A stretch of DNA of 64,000 nucleotides from Asterias rubens (GCF_902459465.1 NC_047069.1:20770001-20834000), one strand, 5' to 3'. Positions 39,201-51,245 are shown, numbered from the stretch's first letter. Translations and numbers: made by a program. The notes: generated by a model from the sequence alone, not told the origin.

Positions 39201-39833
39201 TCGCAGCCATGTTCTTTCCCGGTTAGACTATTGTAACGGGTTGCTTACAGAAGTCCCACAGGTGCATATTAAGAGACTTCAAAGTTTGCAGAACTGGGCT
39301 GCTCATGTTATCTTTAGGTTAGATCGCCGTCATGATGCCATGCCTCTTCTAAGATCGCTTCATTGGTTACCAATTAAACAAAGGATTGTATTTAAGATTC
39401 TTTTATTTGTTTACAAATTCTTTCACAATCAGGCACCAGTGTATTTTAATGAATGTATTCAGTTGTATCGACCTTTGCGTACAAATCTTCGCTCCAATGC
39501 AGATCCATTTCGCCTTACTTTTCCCATGACTCACAGTAAGGCGGGAGATCGAACATTCACTGTTTCAGCAGCTAAAGAGTGGAATGAACTTCCCTCCTAT
39601 ATTAAATCTGCTGAAACAGTGAATGTGTTTAAGAAGATTCTTAAAACCTACCTCTTTCCTAATTGATTTTGTTTTTTGTTTTTATTGTTGTTTGTTTGTA
39701 TAATGTTTAATTTATTGCTCTTTGTAAACGCTGTGATATGGTTTTACCATGAATAGCGTACCTAAATGCTTAATAATAATAATAATAATAATAATTCACA
39801 GAAATTATCAAAACCCTAGAGGGAATTCAATGA
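36288..39833 (+). pseudogene. Coiled-coil + protein kinase domain in a single exon; frameshifted and split by a LINE
   Basis: Acceptor ttacag| at 36287. Motifs: LGKGSYGVV, IAVK, HCDLKSNNILL, IIDFG, SDVYSYG. After a -1 shift at ~37250 it reads DLKKLSLRCVADLRLR. The missing end FTEIIKTLEGIQ* lies right after the LINE tail (39795-39833). Confidence 0.8.
37305..39794 (+). mobile_element. 5'-truncated L2/CR1-group non-LTR retrotransposon
   Basis: End of an APE domain (QHVIGPTHSHGHTLDLVFTRE), then an open 759-aa ORF (37387-39666) with YRPVSNL, DLSAAFDTI, GLPQGSV and YADDTQLY. Short 3' UTR and an (AAT)n tail at ~39771-39794. Confidence 0.92.
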
Positions 39834-39883
39834 CAGAATGACATTTCAGAATTCAGACACATTTTGCTTCATTGTTCTTCCAG

Positions 39884-42617
39884 ATGACTTCAATATCCGA
39901 GACTGTTGGCACCAGTCTCCTCCTACTGGAGAGTGCCACACCCTTTGCGAGTGCTCTGCCTTCTGCAAATGATGTGCACACAAAGCCTGTCAAAAAACCT
40001 GTCAAAAAACCTGTAAGTTCACCTTCATGGAGTGATGTTACGTGGAACTCTACTAGTGATGATTTCACTCCTCCACAGAAACGAAAATATGCAGATACAA
40101 CACCCAAGAATTCAACACCATACAGTAGTAAGGAATCAACTCCTCTCAGGAAACGAAGCTGCAACAGTAGTTTGTTTCAGAAATTTTGTGATTCTCCGTG
40201 TGTTTCTCCAATCTGTAAGTCACGGCCATTGACATATCCATGTGGAATAGAAGCGCCATTTCCTTTAGCGAAAGAACACAGCACATACTTGTCTAAAACT
40301 GACAAGCAGACATTTTGTAAGAACTACAAAACATACAAAATCTTAATTGATACAATTTATAATGTGATATTCTGTGCCATCAAAAGAAAACCAACCAAGA
40401 CGGAGCGAGATTTGATTGCAATTAATCTTTGCAGGAAGTATCCTGTACTATCCTGTAATGATGACAATGCTCACAGTGCGCTTAGTTATGCGATAAGGAA
40501 GAAGTGCAACAATCACCACAAGAGAAAAGTAGAGAAGATGAAGGGGAAAGATGATGAGATGAGAGAGGAGGCTGTACTTTCCTGCGATGAAAACGTTTCT
40601 CACAATGTGCCAAGTTCCATCAAGGTGACAAAGAGTTGCCATTCCAGAAAAGTATCAGAGCTGCAGGGGAAAGATGGTGAGATGAGAGAGGAGGCTGTAC
40701 TTTCCTGCGATGAAAACGTTTCTCACAATGTGCCAAGTTCCATCAAGGTGACAAAGAGTTGCCATTCCAGAAAAGTATCAGAGCTGCAGGGGAAAGATGG
40801 TGAGATGAGAGAGGAGGCTGTACTTTCCTGTGATGACAACGTTTCTCACAATGTGCCAAGTTCCATCAAGGTGACAAATCGCCGCCGTTCAAGAAAGATA
40901 GCAGGGCTGCAGGAGACTGATGATGATGAGATGAGAGATGAGGATGAAGGTACATGTACTGATGACCAAGATATCGATGATACACCAAGTCAAAAACGCC
41001 ACAACATAGCTCTGCAAACTGAACTAAAGAAGAAAACTCCAAACAGCAAAAGTGTAGACGTATTATTCCAGAAGGGGTCAAAAGATAGAATTGAGTGGAT
41101 ACACAAACTAAACGGAGGAACACGTGCCAAAGATGTCCTGGTGGTTTACCCCTGTTATAGCAAGGCTAGTGTTGTAAGTAATTTGCAATTTAACAGTTGT
41201 TTGCTAATTAACACTACTAGTACTAGTGTATTATAAATCTTTTCAACATTTGTCTTCACACTTCACAGGGCATCTAAAACCAGTATAAAATGTGCCGCTC
41301 TGATTACAGCTGGGTGATGTATGCATCACCCTAACATTGCTTACGACACTCACCGAAGGGGGGGGGGATGGGGATCTCCCTTTTAAATTGTGCGATACAA
41401 CAACAAAAATAACAATTCAGTATGAACTTGCCATCTTTCCAGTAGTCCAAATGGCTATCCACCGTTAAGTAAATTTTTCCCATTTGAATAAAATTTTCTC
41501 ATTTTTTTTCAGTGCCTTCGGCAGCTAGAATTGATGCTATGCCAACCAGGGCTGGTTGATTTTGTTGATGGCAACTGGAAGCAGTTGAAAAAAGTGTTGG
41601 CCAAGCTGATTCAGGTAGGCATGTTAACTAAAGCGATCTCTGGCTGATCTAAAAGCTTAATGGGCATTAATCATCACTCAGCTACCTTTAATCTGATCAA
41701 GGACCAGCCTATCGAGTCCACCTGAAGCAAACTGAGGCCAATCAAGCCAGCATGTAGTTGTGTTAGGGCTATCCAGCCATACAGTGTTTGTGTGAATGCC
41801 TACCATGTGTACACCTGTCCAGCCAGCACAATACGCATGCATAAAACATGGCTTGGTTAAATTCTCTGTTTATGATCAAAATAAAAAATGGTACATTTTG
41901 TTGTCTCTTTGTAGAATGTCATGGCCAAGCGGTCCAGCGCATTGGACTCAAGTTCTGAGGTTGTTGGAATGTGGGTTCAAATCCCGCCATGGCTGGCCAT
42001 GATACTTGTGGCTCTGAGTAAAGACACTTAACAACATCCTTTGAATGGGATGTTAAGTCGTTGTTCCCATGAGTTGTGTAAATGCACGTACAAGACCCAA
42101 GGACACTCTTCGTGAAAGAGAAGGGGCTTGCCCTGGTGTTTCTGGTTTGACTGCCAAATATTAGTGTACCAGAGCGCCCAATAGGCGAAAACCAACACTA
42201 TAAAAGACTCCACTATTGTTATGACCATTATTAATATTATTATTTTTAGATGATGGAAGTGTTCTCCAGATGTTGGTGACACATCTTGCTGGACCGAAGA
42301 ATGCAAAGTATGTGTTGCAGTTTGACGACAAAGGCAGGGATATGGGCAAGACTGAGAGAAACCAACCATTCCTTCTAATTTTGGGAACATTTGGTAACCT
42401 CAAAGAGGTATCTCTTATCATCGACAAACAAATATTCAGCAAGATGAAGGATAACTTAACAGTGGTGAACATCCTGCTATTGCTCTTCGCAGGAAATTTC
42501 ATACTTAATCTGGATTATCCAGTCACCGCTAAGACAATCTATCAGTGTCTTGAATACCATCTGCTCGGAACTTGTGCTAAACCCAAAGCAAAGGCATACA
42601 TTGACTTGTTCAAGTAA
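39884..42617 (+). CDS. SAMD3-like transposon accessory gene, copy 2 (body exons)
   Basis: Exons 39884-41173 (phase-0 acceptor cttccag|), 41513-41614 and 42250-42617. Motifs: AINLCRKYPVL, SKDRIEWI...KDVLVVYPCY, FILNLDYPVTAKTIYQCLEYHLLG. A linking exon before 42250 is needed for phase and was not identified, so intactness is uncertain. Confidence 0.6.
40544..40912 (+). repeat. Three in-frame 123-bp (41-aa) coding tandem repeats
   Basis: The unit GKD(D/G)EMREEAVLSCDENVSHNVPSSIKVTKSCHSRKVSELQ starts at 40544, 40667 and 40790; the third copy diverges at its end. Confidence 0.92.
41915..42248 (+). mobile_element. tRNA-derived SINE
   Basis: A box tggccaagcggtc (~41922), B box ggttcaaatcc (41974-41984), core cttgtggctctgagtaaagacactt and an (att/tat)n tail. 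Confidence 0.7.
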
Positions 42618-45108
42618 TTTGTAATGGTAATGACTCTTTTCCCCTTCTCAGTGATTGTACTGCATGTGTTAGTCAAACTATTGATTATTATGAAACTTGG
42701 GTGTTGTGCTGTTGACTTAGATGTACGTGTACATTGAAGCTCTCAACTCTGACTTAATTTAGGAACGTAGAGACATTACGCTACTAAAGTTTCATCAAAG
42801 GGACATTTCACTAGGTTGGGACATGGTTTGATATTTATCCCTTAGTTATTTAATGTGTGAAAGTGTTTGTTAAAGGTTAAAACAACTTTGGAAATATGAA
42901 GAAAAATGTATTTAGACAAAACATTGACACCAAGTCAGTGTTATGTTTGAGTTTGTAATATTTTGTCAGTTTTTCAACACTCCAATACATAGTTATGCAA
43001 AATCGTTTTGTCATCTAATTACATGTACATGACACAACGCACCAAGAAAAACATTTTACAGCAGTCATTGATTTTATACAACAGAAATGGAAAGACAACA
43101 AAAAGTGAGTAAGGATTTTTAAAGATGCCAAAATGTCACGAGACACAGTATCTCTGTTACGCCCAACTGTTTTTTAATCCTGCCCTTTTGATCAGTATTT
43201 AATCACCTGCTACCGCATCAAACATTTTTCTTTGTGCAATTATGTCCTAAAGTTTGTTTACATTATACATGTTTACCCATATGAGTGTTGAAAAAGGCTG
43301 AAAAAGAAATACCGGATGTACACGAGTGATCCATTGCATGCATTTCCCGATGCTGACACAGAACCACAATTTCAGAGGGTTTTTACTTGAGGATAAATAA
43401 AGTATTTTATTAAATTTTAAAGCCATTAGATTATCCCTTTGGCAGATTTCAAATTGCCACGTTGTTCGTTCAATTTTGATGTTATGTCTCCAACTTAAAG
43501 AGGAAGGGAAATGAACATTTCAATTTTGTGTTGTACAAATTATTGATTGTTATGAAACATGGGTGCTGTCGACTTACATTTAGCTCTCAACTCCCCCTTA
43601 ACTTAGGTGAGTGACATTACTCTACCAAAGTTACATAAAAGTCAAGAATTTGAGAATCACTCAAGTATTGAGTCACAGTTCCAAGAAACTACAATTACTT
43701 TTGTTTTAATTCACAAGCGAAGAGTGCCAAATGACAGTTTTGTGCCAACATAGGCCAAATGTATGCAATGGGTACACTGGGGCTGTTAGGAACCAGACCT
43801 ACCTGATGACGTAGTTGAAAAGCTACTCTTCATCCTCCATCTTGAATTTTGTTTGTGCAATACTGTGAAGCGGCGAAGATTTTCATCGAAACTTTTGGCG
43901 CGAAATCTCTTCATTATAATTCCTAAGGTGAGTGAGCTTTTGTTTTAAACATCAAATATCTATGTAGTACATACATTACTCTATATTTGTGCCAAATCTG
44001 GGCCTAATCTAATGAATCGCAGTGGTTCTTTTGGGCTCCGCCAAAGTTGGTACACGAAAGTTAAAAATGACCCGAGTCGATTTTCAGTGCATTTCGCCGT
44101 ACAATTGTCCTTCAAAATATACGTTAATTTTTCATTTTTTATCGCAAAAAGTACATTCAAAGTGAAAATTAGGAAGTTATATATCAGATTTGAGTTGTTT
44201 TTATCGAAATGATGCATTAACAAAGTGGATGGATTTGGATTTAAAAGGCTTGTATTTTGGGGTCTTCGGTGGCATTTTTGGTCACGTGACCCATTTCCTG
44301 CACTGTGATTGGCTTAATGCTGTGTGTGACGTGTACAACAAAGGGAAAACATAAGATCGTTTCGATTTTGGGGGTTTTATAATTTCCCAGACACAAAGTT
44401 CGTTTTCTTTTTCTTTTAATATATTTGTTATGTTATTTCTTTGTTGGGGGAATTATTTTCATCTGTTTTTCCATTTTCATTTGATCTTTTTTTCTTTATC
44501 TTAGTCTTCTATTTTGTTTCTTTTACTTTCTTTAGGGGGCATATTTGTTTTATTTTAGTTTGATATTTTTTGTCTTTTGTGTCTGTTATTAAGGCTTTTT
44601 TAAATTTCTTTTTACATTTCTCCCTTTCCTTTTCGTTTAATTTAATTTTTATTTTTATTTTCATTCGTCTTGTTTTACTTTTTAAAATTTTTTTTAACTG
44701 CATCTTTTGTCAGAGCCCCCGTTTTTTCTCCTTCTCTTCATTGAAAATGTTAAAAACATGCTGTATTTCGGTTCAGTTAATTATCTTTATTTTTTTTACC
44801 ATCTAGGCGTGTATGCACTGTCGTATGGAACAAGACCTTACCTTGTGACGCAATAAAAAAGGGCCTTCCTTGATACTTCTCTTGAAGGTGAGTATTTCAG
44901 ATTTGTTTTTAAATGTCTATAATATTGTAGTGCACATATTACACTATTTGTGCCACATTTGTGATGTTTTTTTATATATTTCAAAATGATGCTTGGCTTC
45001 CTTTTTGGAGGCAGGTATAATCTCATGACATATTTCTTGTACTGAATTTGGCTGATGGCAATGTGTGACTTGTACAACCAAATATTTAAAAAAGAATTAA
45101 ACCAAAAA

Positions 45109-45274
45109 AAGGCCTCAAATTAACCCACGGAACCCTCAGCAATTGCCGTGTGTGCCCTATGCCATTGCCGTAGTGGCCTTAAAAACCTTCAATACAAATT
45201 TGAATTTTCCTCATATGGTGCCCTTCACTTTTGGGAACTTGACGTGCCCTTTTGAAAACGATATTTGAGGCCTG
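45109..45274. mobile_element. ~165-bp CAGG-type (hAT-like) MITE
   Basis: aggcctcaaat at left and atttgaggcctg at right; the TSD is not clear. Confidence 0.45.
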
Positions 45275-45468
45275 AAAACCTACTTTTTTTGGCTCACTAA
45301 TACTGGGGTTTATTAATCCCAAACCTAAAAATGTATAAAGTTGATCTTTAAAAATTATTCTATTTGTGTGAGGTTATAACCCCCAAAACAACAACAACAT
45401 TTTAAATATTTTTTTTCCCCTCCCTATCTTTCTCTCCCTTTCTCAGTTCATTTCAGTAGTGAAAGACA

Positions 45469-46947
45469 ATGCCTCGAAAAAAAAAAAGTCATCCAGCAAA
45501 GCCACCTGGCCGTCTCCAGCAGTATTTGACTGAAAATTTCAGTTCTCCTGACGCAGACCTCCTCAATGGACATGTTCTGTTCATGTATGTTGAAAATGAT
45601 CGGTCATACGCAAGGACAGTTGAAGCAATCAAGGAAAGGGTAGCAGAGCCAGTTGTAATTCGCCCCTCAAGACTGCACTATCTGGTTGGCAAAACAATAA
45701 TGAAGTACAAACAGCTGGCTCGTGAGAGTGATATGAGGAATCTGGATGCTATTTGCCGTGAGAGATTTGTACTTGCTCATCAGACACAGCAGGAAGAAGA
45801 GCTGGAGGAGACAGAAAATGTGTCTGCTGTTCCTGGTCCATCAGCAACACCTGAAAGTACTGAACCCACAACAGAGATGCCCTCCACTTCACGTGATCCT
45901 GGTTTTTCTCAGCCATCTACATCACGCAGTACTGGTACTCAGCCATCAACTTCCCAAAATCCTGGCAGTGTGCTGACCACACAGAAGGATTTCTTCGGCC
46001 ATCAGCTGCAAGACACAGATGAGACTCTTGTCAAGCTCAGGCAAACGCCAGCTGATGAAAAGATGTTCAAAACTATGATGAAGGAATGTCTATCAGCTAT
46101 TGTCGTCGTTCTTGAACGACAGTATAAGCGATATTTTAGTGTGGATGTGACTGAGCAGCTACGCAAGGAAACTGAATCTGCCCGCTCCCACAACATCGAT
46201 GCGGAGGAGGTAATGGGGATGTTCAGTGCAGCGAAGGACCATGCCCCTAACGCCACACTGTGCTATCTTTCATCCAGAATTCGAGCACAGAAAAACAGAG
46301 TCACCAACTACCTGGATAGTTTGGAAAGGGATAAACGAGATAAACTCATCAAAATGTCCATTTCCCTTGGAAGAAAGCACAGGCAGAGGAGAAGGAAGCG
46401 GTGTTAAATTCAACAGGAAATTGCAAAACGGATCGACCTCAAACACACAAAAAAGGAACAGACACAAAGGAATAAAATTGAAAAGAAACTGAAAACCCCA
46501 AACTTGAACATTGCCGGTGAATTTCCAGATATGCACGCCACTAAACAGGGAGAACTTGCAGACGTACTTGACGGAAAAATTGTGGGACGAGAAATAGTAC
46601 ACGTGTGGTAGTGGTACGACAGTGAAAATAACAAAAAAATCAAGTACCATGGCAAAATCAAGTACCATGGCAAAATCAAGTACCATGGCAAAATCAAGTA
46701 CCATGGCAAAATCAAGTACCATGGCAAAATCAAGTACCATGGCAAAATCAAGTACCATGGCAAAATCAAGTACCATGGCAAAATCAAGTACCATGGCAAA
46801 ATCGAAAAACTGAAAAAGAAAGCATCAGGGACTTATGTGATTGGATACTGGAATGAAGATGAAACCTACGATGATGCCATAGACTATGACATTTCTAAAT
46901 ATGCATTGGCTGCTGACTTTGATTTTGACGAGCTTTCAATATCATAA
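45469..46947 (+). pseudogene. CxxH-family-related DDE transposase, copy B: internal-deletion derivative
   Basis: The 312-aa ORF joins an N-terminal region (LLNGHVLF...) through a P/S/T-rich linker directly to C-terminal LERQYKRYF...ARSHNIDAEEVMGMFS, with no D1, D2 or CxxH motifs. The frameshifted C-terminus continues to 46947 (…YVIGYWNEDETYDDAIDYDISKYALAADF). A candidate right end ...gtcacataccta lies at ~47788. Confidence 0.6.
46636..46803 (+). repeat. Nine perfect copies of an 18-bp unit (aaaatcaagtaccatggc = KIKYHG in the transposase frame)
   Basis: Counted directly: 46636-46797 plus a partial tenth copy. Confidence 0.95.
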
Positions 46948-47789
46948 ATTTGGGATTTAAAGGTATAATTTATTGTTCATGTGGGGTTTTTGGAAGACAG
47001 AAGTCATTCCTATCATCTAGTTTCATAAGACCAACTTTGAAAATTTCATCAAAATCGGTGTTTAAGTTTTTGAGAGCACAAATAATTTAAGAAAATAATT
47101 AATTAATTAATTGATTATTAATTGATTGAATTATTTCTTGGATTGTTTGTGTACTGGACACCATTCAAATGAAAAGTTTTTTCAAAGGTCCTTTACTTAC
47201 AAATCTTGACTCGCGGGGAGCGCTTTTCTATTACAAAATGTTTGTTTTCTTAATTAGTCTCATTAATGTAATTAATTAAATATAATAAGTGTCAATAACA
47301 TTATTTGACAAAACTGAATGGTTATTAGTTAGACCCTTATCAAGAGCTTCATTTTAAGTACCAACATGATGGCGTCCAATGCTGTAGTGAAGGATCCCAA
47401 TGACAGTATATGTATGCTAAATAATAATTAATTAATTAATAAATTAAGTAATTGCGTGATTTGCTTGTAAACTCCTCATCATTCAAAAGTGTTGTGATGG
47501 TCTGTCTTCTAAAACAGTAATTATTTCAATATACTCAGTATTAAGAAAGTTATGACAATTTGTTCACAAAATGCTTCAGTTTGGGTCACACAATTTCTTT
47601 TGTTTTTCTTTAAACAATGACGTCCATCATTAATTAATATTTAAATATCTTAAAAAAATCATAACTTCATTAATATTCACTCAACAGAGATGATTTTTTT
47701 TACCATATGAAAGTATTTTTTAAGCTCTTTCAAATGCATTCCTTTTCATTCACATAGGTTAAAGTTGATTTTTTATGTCACATACCTAC

Positions 47790-47896
47790 AGTATGTGAGC
47801 CAATTATGGCTCATACTTTGAGCCAATCTTGAGCCATTTTTGAACAGAGGAGCCGGCATTTTTTTGGCTCTAACTGAGCCAATTTTATTTCCAGTG
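47790..47896. mobile_element. Unpaired CACTG-type (EnSpm-like) element end
   Basis: Repeated gagcca/tggctc motifs end in ...attttatttccagtg|TA. No matching left TIR longer than 6 bp was found. Confidence 0.4.
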
Positions 47897-48874
47897 TAGC
47901 TGTCAAAATTGTACGTGTTGGACCAGATCAACCGTTTCCGCTCGAAACAATCTCGAGGAGGGTTACGTTATCGCAACTAAACAAGGTGGGCTAAAAAAGT
48001 ACATGTAAGATTAGGATAATCTTCCGGACGTCGCCACCAATTTATCCGCCGTTAATTAACTCCAAAACCACTGAATTTTTTTTCTTACCTTAGAAGAAGG
48101 GTTACCGCATATATACATCCAGAAAAAAAAGAGAGAAAAATAACTAAAAATAAACAGTTTGTAAACAAAGGTCAAAATTGGGCCGTTTTCGACTCCCAGT
48201 GACATCAAACTCCGCCATGTTTATGCTGTTTGTGTGTGTGAGTGTTGTTGTTCAACGCTCCAATCAGTCGGTCAGCGTCCATGCGCAAAGGAAAAAATCG
48301 CTAGGACTGATTCATTTCCGAAATGGGTACACTGAAATTATTTTGGGAAGGGAGGAGGGGAGGGAGGGAGGACGGAGGGAAATTCGAACAAACCACAAAA
48401 TAACCACGTGCGTTTATGAAGGTAATGTTATGTTATAAGAATAGGCTGTTATGGTTTCAATACACTGACCGTCCTTGCATAATAAGCAGGTTGAACTAGT
48501 CTACGGGCCTGTACGGCGGGGGTATTGAGTCATCTCTTATTTTAGCCACCCAGCAAAAATAAGGGGAAATGAAGTCCAACATCCATGTAATGTATAATAA
48601 TCCCTTTAAATTGCAGTTGGATGATATGGACAGTTTGCCTTATTTGAACTTGGGGTCACCAGTTGCTTTTGAGTATGTTTTAGGTAAGGGATCATGTTGC
48701 ATTATTAATCGAATATTTGTAAGGGACGATTTTCTTGGAAGTTATTTAAAGTAATAAACGGTAATGTGTTGGTTGGTTAACTATGATTCTATCTTTGGAT
48801 TTATTTGTCTGGCGTTTCTGCGGAGCAGTGCCTTAAATTAGGGTAGTCGTGAGAGTTGTCGGGGACGGTCCAAT

Positions 48875-49810
48875 TCAAAAACGTTTCGGTGGTTTATACA
48901 ACAGCAAGATGTCACTGAGGATTTGGTCGAAGTGGTCGACCAGGGCATTCTGACGGCGCCACATGTATTCGGCCAACCGGAAACCGAAGCCGTCGGTAGA
49001 GCTGGTAGCGTGGGTGCTCGGCAGACTCCTCTTGATCTGCCACCACTGGCACTCAATATTTTGAGTATGAGCGCCAGTGGTGGGATCAACGAAATTTAAG
49101 GAGTGATTTACCGTGAGATGAGTAAAATTTTCCTGACTGAGGCAATCATATGCTTTCCAACAGTCCGATATGATTGTGGATCCAGCGGCCACATATTCCT
49201 TAATTAAAGGAATAAGGGTCGCTGAATCCCGCTTTGGCACCTCAATCAGGAAAATTTCCTTTGTCTCACGGCAAATGCCGCCTAACACCCACTTACCCTC
49301 GACCAAACGACCTCGGTTGTATTTCCGGCGACCGAATTTTGACTCGTCGATTTCGACCGTCATGCCCGGCCCACCAATCCCCTTGCTGCACCGTTCCTCG
49401 ACGACACGAAGACAAACCTCGCGGCAAAAAGTGAACCAGTCCACGACAGTTTTACTACTGGTTTGTTCACCTTCGTGGACTGATGTTTCTCTAATTGCCG
49501 CAGAGGTTGTCGCTCGTGCCGCTCAGTAGTAGGTGAGCTTGAGGATTTTTTTCAGTGACATCTTGCTGTCGCTAAACCAGCTGCCATGACGGATGCTGCA
49601 ATTGCGAGACCGCTTCCGGCACCCCCGATGTGTGCACCGCCACGAGAACCCGTCGGCATGGTCCTTCTTCACGGACCATGTCAACGGGTGGCGGCAGTAC
49701 CGGCAATCGGGGGCGTCGGCAATTAGTCCACGTTCTTTGCAGAACGCAATTGCAGCATCCGGCGTGGCAACAGTCTCAAACAATCTCTCAGCATTCCAAA
49801 AGGTATTCAT
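48875..49810 (-). pseudogene. Merlin (IS1595/ISXO2-like) transposase with one nonsense codon
   Basis: ORFs 49523-49810 and 48875-49444 are in one frame across YY*AAR (TGA, likely a former TGG). N-terminal zinc ribbon CRYC...WRCTHRGC, then VEIDESKFG, ISDCWKAY, VNHS and HTQNIE. Termini not identified. Confidence 0.85.
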
Positions 49811-50161
49811 GGTTCAACTTAGAAAGCATGACAAGATGACTTCAAGACTTCAAGAGCTTCCTTATATAGCCCAAAAGAACAATTGGGAGACTTTCTAAAT
49901 AATTGCTCTTGGTGATTACGTGCGTCCTCGGTGGAACTCCCCTCGGGACTCATACTAGTGGAACAATCCAAAATAATCTTTCATGTGACTGATGTGTGAA
50001 GGAGTTCGTCATTCAGGACGGTATGAATATTCAACTTATGCAAAGCACTGGACAATCACAGCTTATTTTAATATTCATTAAAATTACATATTCATTATGA
50101 CCTTTATTGACCCAGGTAATGGCAAACACATCTAGGACAGACAACTAAATTTGGTATCAAC

Positions 50162-50250
50162 GCCTCGTAGCCCGGTGGGTTAGGCTATGGACTATTGAAT
50201 GTATAATAACTTGTTAACTCTGCTTTACAGGTTCGACTCCCGGTACTGCA
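50162..50250 (+). pseudogene. Degenerate tRNA-like sequence (tRNA pseudogene or SINE head)
   Basis: A-box-like tagcccggtgg and B box ggttcgactcc, with a long spacer between them. The acceptor stem does not pair, so it is not called as a functional tRNA. Confidence 0.35.
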
Positions 50251-51205
50251 TTACATTATTTCAATGATTACTAACTATCCATTTCTTCCAGCATAGACAC
50301 CAGATAGAAATACATGGAGACTGGATGAGAGTAGGGACTGACATCGTGCTACTGCGCATCACTACTGCGCATGCAGTCTTTTCCATTGATAAATTCGTCG
50401 ATCGATATTTCCTGTTTACCGCGTTGCATGCTGGGAGCGCGTGCTGTTTTGGCATCACACTTTTTGGCATCGGCGATCGTTGCAGGTAAACATCGAAGTC
50501 TACAAAAAAATCCATCTAAATCGACCAATTTTTGAGCAAAAAACATTGATTTTCAGGTAAGAAACCATGTTTTTTATTGATTTAGGGTAAATGGGGTGGA
50601 TGAATGTCGATGAATGTATTTTTAAACGATAATATAGTATCAAAGCTACTTAGAAAAACTTACCTTACGTGGGTTAAGTACATCGCATACCGTCGCAACC
50701 AACTTTTGTTTGGAGGCTCATACTACAACTTGGGATTTTTTCAGCTTATCAAGGCCGTAATTTAAGTAATGTTTACTCATTTTAAATGAATAATATGAAT
50801 ATTTAAGCATATTTTAGGCACATATTTGAGGAGGATTTCGTAAGTTTGTCCGTGTTGTATTTGCAACAATTCAAAGCATTTGTGGGAGTAGCAATGCTAC
50901 TTATAAGTGCCATGTTTGTATCACATGACAGTATATTGGCATCGCTCATTGGTCATGCTGATTAGTACGTCACATACTTCCTGGTTGAGGCTGTTCCATC
51001 AATTATGCTCACTTCCCGTTTTTAGCTTCTTGGTTATCATGGGTTACTGTTGATTTTGGGGCATGATTAAAATGTTTTTTAAACCGGTTTTTGTTTTGTT
51101 TTTTGAGAACCTGTATTACTGTAATGCCAAGAGGCAATTTCTCACTAGTTGCTCAGCTATTATTTCCTTCCTTCCTTCAGACCCCCAACTCTTAATTTCT
51201 GAGCC

Positions 51206-51245
<40 letters not shown>

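Noticed and set aside
43773-43790. TA|CACTGG as the left partner of the 47896 end
   Set aside because: Only 6 bp match and there are no gagcca subterminal repeats behind it.
43803-43830. Hammerhead ribozyme core (ctgatga...gaaa); also at ~34033
   Set aside because: No self-complementary stem II or stem III with a correct cleavage triplet could be formed.
46270-46813. Repetitive ORFs MVLDFA..., MPWYLIL... and MAKSST... as novel peptides
   Set aside because: They are alternative frames of one 18-bp tandem repeat whose native frame (KIKYHG) belongs to the transposase remnant.
3921-49525. Programmed stop-codon readthrough or an editing signature behind the in-frame TAG/TGA codons (3921, 5724, 19577, 26936, 49523)
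   Set aside because: They are explained by ordinary substitutions in inferred Gln, Trp or Gly codons, and the sequence contexts are not shared.
50162-50250. Functional intron-containing tRNA
   Set aside because: A and B boxes are present, but the acceptor and anticodon stems do not pair convincingly.
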